Source of the DNA: an uncultured cyanobacterium
Lineage (GTDB): Bacteria; Cyanobacteriota; Cyanobacteriia; PCC-9006; JAAUQQ01
Reading direction: 5' to 3'
Assembly: GCA_963718615.1 (NCBI GenBank)
Contig: OY970368.1
Location: 5,696,001 to 5,760,000, forward strand
DNA: 64,000 bases
This document shows positions 19,844 to 28,135 of the stretch, piece after piece. How positions within the stretch are numbered: the stretch's first letter is position 1; each line of letters starts with the position of its first letter. A program made the translations under genes and the position numbers. A model generated the notes under the pieces. That model was not told the origin of the DNA. It searched no databases and was given only the letters and a program-made list of their open reading frames with translations.

Positions 19844-21598
19844 ATGAAATCGACGATCGCCCAGCTCAAGGACCGCTTCGAGACCGCCCTCGTCACCGCC
19901 TTTGGCCCAGACCTCGCCGGGACGGATCCGATTTTGGTCCCGGCTAGTAACCCGAAATTTGGGGACTTTCAGGCCAATGTTGCCATGTCCTTGGCCAAAC
20001 CACTCAAGGATAAGCCGAGGGCGATCGCCGAGAAGATTGTCGAGAATCTGGATGTGAGCGCGCTGTGCGAGGAGCCCGCGATCGCCGGACCCGGTTTCAT
20101 CAACCTCAAACTCAAGCCCGCCTACATCAACGAACAGCTCAAGGCGATTCAAAGGAGCCATCGTCTCGGCATTGAACCCGCTCAAAATCCCCAGAAAATC
20201 ATCGTCGATTTTTCCAGCCCCAACATCGCCAAGGAAATGCACGTGGGCCATTTGCGATCGACCATCATTGGAGACTCGATCGCCTGTGTTCTAGAATTCC
20301 AAGGCCACGACGTCCTACGACTGAACCATGTGGGGGATTGGGGAACACAGTTTGGTATGTTGATTACACATCTCAAGGATGCCTGCCCAGAAGCCTTGGC
20401 CGACGCGGAATCGGTTAATATTGGTGACTTGGTGGCGTTTTATAAACAAGCCAAACAGCGGTTTGACGAAGACGAAGACTTTAAGGAAACCTCGCGGCAG
20501 GCCGTGGTGGGGTTGCAGTCCGGCGATGCGGATTCGCTTAAGGCTTGGCAGGTGCTGTGCCAACAGTCGCGTAGGGCCTTTCAGGAAATTTACGATCGCC
20601 TCAATATCCGTCTAGAAGAACGGGGTGAATCGTTTTATAACCCCTATTTAGCCGATGTGATTGCAGGTTTGAAAGAGGCCCAACTGCTGGAAACCGATGA
20701 TGGGGCCGAGGTGGTGTTTCTGGAGGGATTTACGAATAAGGAGGGCGATCGCCAGCCGCTGATCGTCCAAAAATCTAACGGCGGTTTCAACTACGCCACC
20801 ACGGACCTCGCCTCCATCCGCTACCGCACCACCCAGGACGGAGCCCAGCGTATTATCTACGTCACCGACGCCGGACAGGCCAACCACTTTGCTCAGGTGT
20901 TCCAGGTGGCAAACCGGGCCGGGTGGGTGCCGGAGGGTGTGAGTTTGGAGCATGTGCCCTTTGGTGTGGTTCAGGGGGAGGATGGCAAGAAGTTTAAGAC
21001 GCGATCGGGCGAGACGATCCGACTGAAGGATTTGCTGGATGAGGCAGTTGTGCGCGCAAGAAAAGACGTGGAGCAGCGCATTGCGGACGACAATCGGGGT
21101 GAAAGCGAGGACTTCATCGAGAATGTTGCGCAGAAGGTGGGTCTCGGTGCCGTCAAATACGCCGACCTGAGCCAAAATCGCACCAGCAACTACATCTTCA
21201 GCTTTGATAAAATGCTGGCGCTCCAGGGCAATACGGCTCCCTACATGCTTTATGCTTACGCACGGGTCAAGAGCATCAGCCGCAAGGGCGAGGTGGATTT
21301 TGCAACGATCGATCCCTCTGCCATCACGGTGGAAACTCCCGAAGAGCTGGCTCTGGCGAAGCATATCCTGCAACTGGATGAAGTTTTGGATGCCGTCGAG
21401 GCGGATCTGCTGCCGAATCGGCTCTGCCAGTATTTGTTTGAGCTGAGCCAAAAGTTCAATCAGTTTTATGAGCAGTGTTCGGTGCTGCAAGCGGAGGAAC
21501 CCCAGCGGACTTCGCGGTTGGTGCTGTGTGATTTGACGGCGCGATCGCTCCAGCTTGGTCTGTCGTTGTTGGGGATTGAGGTGTTGGAGCGGATGTAG
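19844..21598 (+). CDS. argS: Arginine--tRNA ligase
   Basis: [42 protein letters not shown]. Confidence 0.98.
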   Translation: MKSTIAQLKDRFETALVTAFGPDLAGTDPILVPASNPKFGDFQANVAMSLAKPLKDKPRAIAEKIVENLDVSALCEEPAIAGPGFINLKLKPAYINEQLKAIQRSHRLGIEPAQNPQKIIVDFSSPNIAKEMHVGHLRSTIIGDSIACVLEFQGHDVLRLNHVGDWGTQFGMLITHLKDACPEALADAESVNIGDLVAFYKQAKQRFDEDEDFKETSRQAVVGLQSGDADSLKAWQVLCQQSRRAFQEIYDRLNIRLEERGESFYNPYLADVIAGLKEAQLLETDDGAEVVFLEGFTNKEGDRQPLIVQKSNGGFNYATTDLASIRYRTTQDGAQRIIYVTDAGQANHFAQVFQVANRAGWVPEGVSLEHVPFGVVQGEDGKKFKTRSGETIRLKDLLDEAVVRARKDVEQRIADDNRGESEDFIENVAQKVGLGAVKYADLSQNRTSNYIFSFDKMLALQGNTAPYMLYAYARVKSISRKGEVDFATIDPSAITVETPEELALAKHILQLDEVLDAVEADLLPNRLCQYLFELSQKFNQFYEQCSVLQAEEPQRTSRLVLCDLTARSLQLGLSLLGIEVLERM

Positions 21599-21642
21599 GC
21601 TATGAATGAGCCGAGCCACTTCCCTAACGCGAGGTCCGCCCT

Positions 21643-22257
21643 ATGACTCAGCTACAAGTTAGTCCTTCTGTCAACGAATGGCTCCAGCAGGAACCTGAGT
21701 TTGTGGCGCAATGGCTTCGAGAAGTGGAGAATGGTGGAATTGAGATCCAGGAGGATTTCAATTGGCATGGCTTAGCCCAAGGATCTGCATCACTGGCTCA
21801 AAAGTTTGCTCTAGAGAGAGAGCGTCAGCGGTCTTTACAGTGGGCAGGAGTGGCGATCGCACTCTATGAGCAGCTCATCCCAAAAACACCTGTTCTACAC
21901 CGGAATTCCTTAGACTGTGATTCCTTCGCCCAATCAGCGATGAACCTCAGGGTTAATATGATGCGGGCTTGGGGAGCTTGCCCTGAGCATTTGGTTCTAG
22001 ATCCTAAAATTGTCACAGACTGGTTCTTTCAGCAGTTCAGCCAATCGGCTGAAGAGATTAAGCGAGAAGCAGAGCCCTGGCAAAGACCCGGTATTTTTCA
22101 AGATCGGCAGTACATCGCGAACCATCTTGAAACCCTCAAACATCTGCGCCGTCTCAAAAATTATCTTAATGTAATTGAACCGCTGCTGGGACTCAATAAC
22201 TGGCAGCCCCCAGAAGAATTGGAAGCTTGGCTCTCTCTAAAACCGCTGCTGCCATAA
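21643..22257 (+). CDS. Hypothetical protein (first cargo after argS)
   Basis: 204-aa ORF with upstream GAGG; no recognised motif. Confidence 0.7.
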   Translation: MTQLQVSPSVNEWLQQEPEFVAQWLREVENGGIEIQEDFNWHGLAQGSASLAQKFALERERQRSLQWAGVAIALYEQLIPKTPVLHRNSLDCDSFAQSAMNLRVNMMRAWGACPEHLVLDPKIVTDWFFQQFSQSAEEIKREAEPWQRPGIFQDRQYIANHLETLKHLRRLKNYLNVIEPLLGLNNWQPPEELEAWLSLKPLLP

Positions 22258-22298
22258 ACAGATGACTGCACGGTGGGCTCTGCCAAACTCCGGAGAAC

Positions 22299-22351
22299 CG
22301 CTCCATCTCGGCCTATCGTTGCTGGGCATTGAGGTGCTGGAGCGCATGGAG
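22299..22351 (+). repeat. Diverged copy of argS 3' end (matches 21546-21598)
   Basis: 44/53 identical; reads [16 protein letters not shown]. Confidence 0.9.
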
Positions 22352-22395
22352 GGCTTTTACAATGGTCGGTAAGCTTGAAATTCTTCGCTAATCCC

Positions 22396-22647
22396 ATGAA
22401 TCTACAACTCTCAATTCCAGATTCAGTCATTGCTGCCCTACGTGTTCCCGAACCTCGGGTGCAGCAGATACTTCTGATTGAGCTGGCGATCGCCCTCTAC
22501 CAACAGGAGATTCTCTCTTTCGGCAAAGCCCGAGAACTTGCACAGCTTGATAAATACGAGTTTGGGCAACTCCTAGGACAGCGACAGATCGAGCGCCACT
22601 ACACCATGCTGGAACTAGAGGATGATCTTGCCTATGCCGGTTGTTAG
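22396..22647 (+). CDS. UPF0175 family antitoxin-like protein
   Basis: ELAIALYQQEILSFGKARELA motif. Confidence 0.85.
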   Translation: MNLQLSIPDSVIAALRVPEPRVQQILLIELAIALYQQEILSFGKARELAQLDKYEFGQLLGQRQIERHYTMLELEDDLAYAGC

Positions 22648-23134
22648 CAATACATCACCCATTTTGAACCTGGCGATTGTGGGACAGCTCGGCCTCCTTA
22701 AGATGCAGTTCAGCCAAATTTTGGTGCCTTTGGAGGTTGTTGCCGAGCTGAAACCTGACGAACAGCGCCCTGGATCGGTAGCAATTCAACAAGCCTTGGA
22801 CTCAGGCTGGATTCAGTCTCAACCGCTCAGTCCCCAATCACTTCCCAGCTTTACGCTTCTCCGGCAGCACCTAGATCTGGGAGAATCAGCTGCGATCGCC
22901 CTAGCGTTAGAAATCCAGGCCAAGATGATACTGCTAGATGAGCGGGAGGGTCGCAAAACGGCAAAATCTTTAGGGCTGAACATAACTGGACTTCTAGGTG
23001 TGTTGCTTAAAGCCAGAGCAACCGGAACAATACCCGCCTTAAAACCCATCGTCGATGACCTTATGAGTCTTGCAGGCTTTCGGATTTCCCCAGCTTTGCT
23101 TGAACGAATCCTAGAGAATGATATGGGGCCATAG
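22634..23134 (+). CDS. DUF3368 PIN-domain protein (putative toxin)
   Basis: VVSNTSPI, LDLGESAAIALA, LLDEREGR, GLLGVL. Confidence 0.88.
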   Translation: MPVVSNTSPILNLAIVGQLGLLKMQFSQILVPLEVVAELKPDEQRPGSVAIQQALDSGWIQSQPLSPQSLPSFTLLRQHLDLGESAAIALALEIQAKMILLDEREGRKTAKSLGLNITGLLGVLLKARATGTIPALKPIVDDLMSLAGFRISPALLERILENDMGP

Positions 23135-23140
23135 TTTAAG

Positions 23141-23201
23141 GGCGCGATCGCGACCGCTCGGTTTGTCGTTGTTGGGGATTGAGGTGTGGGAGCGGATGTA
23201 G
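23141..23201 (+). repeat. Copy of argS 3' end (matches 21538-21598)
   Basis: 55/61 identical, includes HIP1 and the TAG stop. Confidence 0.95.
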
Positions 23202-23265
23202 ATTTTCTAAAATGGTCAAGATAGACCATCCAGGTCTTCGCCTACAAGCCAGTGAGGTTTGCCCC

Positions 23266-23577
23266 ATGACGACCGCCGCAACGCTTCCCGCTCCCATTAA
23301 TATCGGTAGCCTCATTGTTTCCACGCCAGAGGTCGTGGGGGGTAGACCCCGGATTGCGGGTACGCGAGTTTCAGTTCAAAGAATCGTGGGCTGGCATAAG
23401 CAAGGGCTCAGTGCGGAAGAAATCCTAGGGCGTTTTGGCCACCTGACCCTAGCTCAGATCTATGCAGCCCTGACTTACTATCACGCCAATAAGGCTGAGA
23501 TTGAACAGTACTTAGCTGAAGAGGCAGAGGCTTGTGAAGCGCTTCAAGCTCCTGATCACTCTGGGCATGCTGCATGA
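23266..23577 (+). CDS. DUF433 family antitoxin
   Basis: TPEVVGGRPRIAGTRVSV...LTLAQIYAALTYY. Confidence 0.9.
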   Translation: MTTAATLPAPINIGSLIVSTPEVVGGRPRIAGTRVSVQRIVGWHKQGLSAEEILGRFGHLTLAQIYAALTYYHANKAEIEQYLAEEAEACEALQAPDHSGHAA

Positions 23578-23618
23578 GTTCAATCAGGCTCTATCTAGAC
23601 GAAGACGCGATGATTTAG
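23574..23618 (+). pseudogene. Truncated DUF5615 PIN-like toxin (MSSIRLYLDEDAMI*)
   Basis: ATGA-coupled to DUF433; family-like first strand ending in DE, then an immediate stop. Confidence 0.65.
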
Positions 23619-24075
23619 TGAATATCGCAGGCTTTTGTATTTTTCCAGACCTATGCGATCGCATAATCGAGACCAAGACAAGGATGAGTATGGCCGCAGA
23701 AGCTTTGTATAAATTGAGATCAAAAATATAAGTGCAGGAATTTCAATCGTTAGAGCAACATTTTTATAATAAGGTCTATCGATCTCATGTGAAGATGTTC
23801 TAGCCTGATACGTTGAGCGAAAAAATCTACGTATTTTCCGGGAACTCTAAAAATTCTTTGTATATATGTAAGATACATTGTTAGCTAAGCCACATGAATT
23901 GATCAAAATTTTCTACTACTTGCTAGCCAGTTATAGCAATCCGGTTTGAGCGAGCATACGTATGCTGGTGCTCAAGGATTCATCCAGTCTGGACTTGCCT
24001 CTGAATGATTCTCAGAAATCAGTCTGGATTGCTGTAACTCATATTTTGTAATAGTAGCTGCTTAGATCCAAGATT

Positions 24076-24582
24076 ATGAATACAGTAGATTCTCAAGTTG
24101 TATATCAAGAGCTAACAAGGATTGCTGGCTATCCTCCTCAAGGAAAGTTCCCTGGAAATTTATCTTTCGATTCAGCAGTAAAATATCTATCCTCAAGACT
24201 GACTAATGAAGAGAAAATAATCGCTCTTACTACAGTTCGATATAAAGGAATTAATTCTTTTCTCGTGATTACACAAAGGCAAGTGATTTGCTTTTCAGAA
24301 AAAGAAACTCTTTTCACAGAAGGAGTAAAAAATATTTCTAAGGTGCTAACAGGAGAAAATGGTCTGATTTTCAAGAGATTGCATGATTTGCATAGCTTCT
24401 ACTTCATCAATTTACATAGTGGCAGCAAATTCATTTCTTCTCTAAAGGTACTTTCGCTAATAATTGAGGAGAAAGGCAAGATCAAGAAAGATGGCCATGA
24501 AGTCAAGTTAGAATTGTTTGCATACTCGTTTTTTGTTTTTTTGGCATTTGTTTTTGGGTCATGTACATATCGTGTTTTCTGA
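24076..24582 (+). CDS. AT-rich hypothetical membrane protein, possibly interrupted (frame stays open to 24732)
   Basis: 168-aa ORF with C-terminal TM; 49 further open codons after TGA. Confidence 0.55.
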   Translation: MNTVDSQVVYQELTRIAGYPPQGKFPGNLSFDSAVKYLSSRLTNEEKIIALTTVRYKGINSFLVITQRQVICFSEKETLFTEGVKNISKVLTGENGLIFKRLHDLHSFYFINLHSGSKFISSLKVLSLIIEEKGKIKKDGHEVKLELFAYSFFVFLAFVFGSCTYRVF

Positions 24583-24804
24583 AGTGACAGTCATTCAGGT
24601 GCTGGCTCTGTTCGGGAATGTGACGAGCAGGCTGTTCTCAGTCAAATTGAGAATGAAATTGGACCAACTGTTGATAATCAGGAAGAAATTGATTACGCTG
24701 CACGAAAATTAAAAGCGGCTTGTCGATATTAGAACTCTTGCACGGATCCCATTTTTGATCTGAGACCCTCATGGTTGCGTTACTCTCTGGTTCATGCAGG
24801 AGCT

Positions 24805-24921
24805 ATTGGGATTTACTCAAGGGGACTACATATGCAAGGCGACTGTGCTGCACCACTCAACAGCCTCGCCTTTAACCTCACCCTTATCCAAATTCTCGCT
24901 ACCGGACACACCGACTAACCC
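24805..24921 (+). pseudogene. Decayed copy of the 5' end of the 26927 gene (matches 26937-27052)
   Basis: Shared blocks ATTGGGAT, TGCAAGG, ACTCAACAGCCTC, TTCTCGC, ACCGGACACACCGAC; 1-bp indel and GAA>TAA. Confidence 0.85.
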
Positions 24922-24924
24922 TTT

Positions 24925-24952
24925 TCCGTCCATAGTGGGCACCATGGACGGA
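24925..24952. other. Hairpin TCCGTCCAT-N10-ATGGACGGA at the junction between two duplicated gene ends
   Basis: 9-bp perfect inverted repeat flanked by T and A runs. Confidence 0.55.
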
Positions 24953-24962
24953 GGAAAACTCT

Positions 24963-25057
24963 AGCGGACCTTATGGTTGGTGCTGTGTGATTTGACAGCG
25001 CGACCGCGACCGCTCGGCCTCTCATTGTTGGGAATTGAGGTGCTGGAACGGATATAA
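24963..25057 (+). repeat. Diverged copy of argS 3' end (matches 21504-21598)
   Basis: 77/95 identical, no indels; reads [30 protein letters not shown]. Confidence 0.92.
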
Positions 25058-25288
25058 GCATGTTGCTCATGTCCAGCAGTAAAGTTATTTAAACTACGGC
25101 TGGAGCAAAGCACACGAATTTCGTTAGTATGTCTAGTATTAAAGCACTGGAGCTGATTGACTGACAAAAGTTTGCGTAAATGTTGCTCAAAGTCTCTTAT
25201 AGCAAGGGTTTGAGGCGATCTAGAGGGTATTCTGGCTTTGTTTCGCCTGAATCCTTTGACTGGCAAGCATTTCAGGGATTAGTGATCC

Positions 25289-26800
25289 ATGTTTTGTCAG
25301 TCAATCAGGCACTGGAGTATTACTCGTGAGAACGAAAAACTGATGATGCCCAATGAAAGAGAGTTACTTTTGCAAGAGCAGGTAACTCTCTACAACAACA
25401 TTGCAAAGTTTGGTGATGCTGAAGGCAGATTGCTCGCAGAGTTGCAGATCTTTCCATCCCCTAGGATTCGTTGGTCGTTTGAGCAGTTAGGTGTACATGA
25501 AGCTTGGCTACCCAGGTCAGGAGACTGTTCGGCACCTCAAATTACTGGTCACTTTTTTACCATTGAGAAACCGAAGATAACACAGTATCGTTCAAACATT
25601 GTTGGACCAGCGGAAATCAGAGCAGGAGATACAGCGAGAGCCATTTATGGAGACTTTGATGCCCCCGGCCACTTTTTCAAGTTCTACTTTCCTAATTTCC
25701 GCTGTTTGCAGAAGGCCTTTGGGAAACCAATTTGGAACAAACAGATCGATCCCAGCAGGGGAAATGATCAAGAAGTAGGTATGCAAGAGCACGGACGTTA
25801 CATAGAAGCATCGCTAGACGAAAATTGGAGTATCAAGCTTTTCTCTAGCAAAGATGCTAACAAATGGCTAAATTCAGAAGAAGCCAACATTGGAACACTT
25901 CTAACGACTGAAGGCAGCTTCTATCAAACACATTTCAAGGACATTCCTAAAAATTCACCATCTCCATTACAAGCTTTATCTCTGCGGCAAGTCACTGTAG
26001 TACTGGAGGATTTGGGAAGCTTTATGGCTTTTCCCAATGGCGGATACTTGGGTCCCATATACATAGAAAGTTGGCAGTATTTAGAGGACACTGATAGCTC
26101 CATAGCGGCCGTAGCAAGCCAATATCTGAACACAACGCTAGATAATCTCTCGATTTCTTGGGTCGCAGATGGTATCAAATTACAGCCTTATTTAGAATGT
26201 TTTCCCACGTTCAAAGTAATGCTAAATCAGTCATCTCATGATGGCACTTCGTGGAAAGATACATACCGTTTTGTTTTAGCTCAATATTTTCAGGCAACTA
26301 GTCCAAAATTCCGAGGTTGGCAGGTTCGGGCAAGCAGTATCGGTTCAGCGTTAGAACGTCTATCCGACATGATTTTGGTACAAGATGAGTCTCATGATGA
26401 AAGGAAAGAAAAATGTAATCTACTGTTTGAGCGCGGAAAGGATAAACAAGCAAGACGTGAATGGAATATTGGCAAAGGAGAGGGACAAGAAGATACCAAT
26501 CCAACCAGCAAGCGTTTATGTCTCATGCTTGAGCGCATAGGCTTGACGAAAGAACATGGGTTCTCACAGGACTTAGAGGATACATCAAAATTCTTGACAG
26601 TTAGGAACGAGGCTGTACATCCGAGAGCTATAGGGATAGACGTTAAGGAACGTGACCGTCTCATCTGGAGGGCTGTTCAGTGGGTCGAGGAGGTTCTCCT
26701 GTGGAGATTAGGGTATGAAGGGCAATATTGCGATCGCCTGACTGGTGACTATTTCAATACACCTCGATACGATCTCAATACTCGAAATCCTGACTGGTAG
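25289..26800 (+). CDS. Hypothetical protein with C-terminal HEPN-like R-x4-H motif
   Basis: 503-aa ORF (start may be 25343); ALERL...VRNEAVH...LGYEGQY. Confidence 0.6.
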   Translation: MFCQSIRHWSITRENEKLMMPNERELLLQEQVTLYNNIAKFGDAEGRLLAELQIFPSPRIRWSFEQLGVHEAWLPRSGDCSAPQITGHFFTIEKPKITQYRSNIVGPAEIRAGDTARAIYGDFDAPGHFFKFYFPNFRCLQKAFGKPIWNKQIDPSRGNDQEVGMQEHGRYIEASLDENWSIKLFSSKDANKWLNSEEANIGTLLTTEGSFYQTHFKDIPKNSPSPLQALSLRQVTVVLEDLGSFMAFPNGGYLGPIYIESWQYLEDTDSSIAAVASQYLNTTLDNLSISWVADGIKLQPYLECFPTFKVMLNQSSHDGTSWKDTYRFVLAQYFQATSPKFRGWQVRASSIGSALERLSDMILVQDESHDERKEKCNLLFERGKDKQARREWNIGKGEGQEDTNPTSKRLCLMLERIGLTKEHGFSQDLEDTSKFLTVRNEAVHPRAIGIDVKERDRLIWRAVQWVEEVLLWRLGYEGQYCDRLTGDYFNTPRYDLNTRNPDW

Positions 26801-26926
26801 ATTGTTTAGCCGCAAATCTCTGATCAACATTCATCCCAGTGCTAACAACCGATCAACGATGATTCAAGACCCCGAACTGCGCGAGCAAGTTGGAAAAATA
26901 GCCCATAAACTGTTGGGAGGTGTGGA

Positions 26927-27334
26927 ATGGGAATAAATTGGGATCGACTCAAAGCACTTCATTTGCAAGGTGACAGGGCCAGTCAACTCAACAGCCTCTA
27001 TTTCAACCTTGCCCGTCTCCAAGTTCTCGCCACCGGACACACCGACGAACCCGTCGCCCTTCACCTCATCCGCGAGAGCCAGTGCTTTATCGAATGGATT
27101 GTCCCAACCCTCGATCTGGAGACAGACGATATCAGCGTTGCCACGTCACTGGTTGATCTTCAGCGCCAACTCAGCCGATGGAAACTGGAGTGGGGGAAGT
27201 GCTGGAGCGAAAAAGAGGCACGGGAGAATCTGGTGACCCAGGCTGCACAATGGTGCGATTTCCTCGGCAGCTTGCATTGCGATCGCCCCCAGAAACCCTC
27301 AATGTCCAGCCCAGAACTGTACCAACAGGTCTAG
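26927..27334 (+). CDS. Hypothetical helical protein
   Basis: 135-aa ORF with GGAGG upstream; LIRESQCFIEW, LQRQLSRW. Confidence 0.7.
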   Translation: MGINWDRLKALHLQGDRASQLNSLYFNLARLQVLATGHTDEPVALHLIRESQCFIEWIVPTLDLETDDISVATSLVDLQRQLSRWKLEWGKCWSEKEARENLVTQAAQWCDFLGSLHCDRPQKPSMSSPELYQQV

Positions 27335-27377
27335 CAAAGTCGCCCTGCTATGATCGAGGAAGTTCAGAGGACCCCCC

Positions 27378-27986
27378 ATGGCGACATCAGCGCTCACCCA
27401 TCCTCAGCAAGACTGGCCCATCGTGCTTCAGCTCCAACCCGCGTTGAGCCTTGATGACGACCAGTTTTTTGACTTTTGCCAGCTTAACCAAGATTGGCGA
27501 TTTGAGCGTACCGCTGCGGGAGAGCTGATGATTATGTCACCAACCGGCTCAGAAACAGGCGGTTATAACTTTGACTTGACCGTAGAGTTGGGAATCTGGA
27601 CCAGGCGTGACGGCAGTGGCAAAGGGTTTGATTCGAGCACAGGCTTCACATTGCCCAACGGTGCCATTCGTTCCCCTGATGCCGCTTGGATTCGGCAAGA
27701 GCGCTGGGAAGCCATTCCCCCAGAACAACGACGCAAATTTGCGCCCATTTGCCCAGACTTTGTTGTAGAACTGCGATCGGAGTCTGATGCATTAGAGCCC
27801 TTGCAGGCCAAGATGGAGGAATACTTGGATAACGGAGCCCAGCTAGGGTGGTTGCTCGATCGTCAGCACCGCCGTGTCTATGTTTATCGACCAGGGCATG
27901 AGGTGGAATGCTTAGACAACCCAGCCTCGGTGAATGGAGAGTCGGTTTTACCCGGTTTTGTGTTGAGCCTGAGCTTGGTTTGGTGA
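27378..27986 (+). CDS. Uma2 (DUF820) family endonuclease
   Basis: FERTAAGEL, FDSSTGF, SPDAAW, PDFVVELRS, GAQLGWLLD. Confidence 0.92.
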   Translation: MATSALTHPQQDWPIVLQLQPALSLDDDQFFDFCQLNQDWRFERTAAGELMIMSPTGSETGGYNFDLTVELGIWTRRDGSGKGFDSSTGFTLPNGAIRSPDAAWIRQERWEAIPPEQRRKFAPICPDFVVELRSESDALEPLQAKMEEYLDNGAQLGWLLDRQHRRVYVYRPGHEVECLDNPASVNGESVLPGFVLSLSLVW

Positions 27987-28135
27987 AGCGGGAAACAGGG
28001 TAGACAGACGAAACTCTCCAGGTTTGAGGGTTTTGAGCTGGCTGTAGTGCATGGCGATCGCAAGGTCACTTTCTTACTCTTCAAACCCAATCTCTCTCTC
28101 TCCGGCTATTCGTGCAAGAGGTCTAATTATTCAAG

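Noticed and set aside
20648-21619. 323-aa antisense ORF over argS, and similar shadows over leuB, dnaK and lipA
   Set aside because: Fully overlap well-supported core genes; typical of GC-rich codon usage.
21504-25057. argS-end repeats as a CRISPR array or canonical integron
   Set aside because: The repeats are diverged coding fragments of unequal length separated by gene-sized blocks; no cas genes, intI or attC hairpins.
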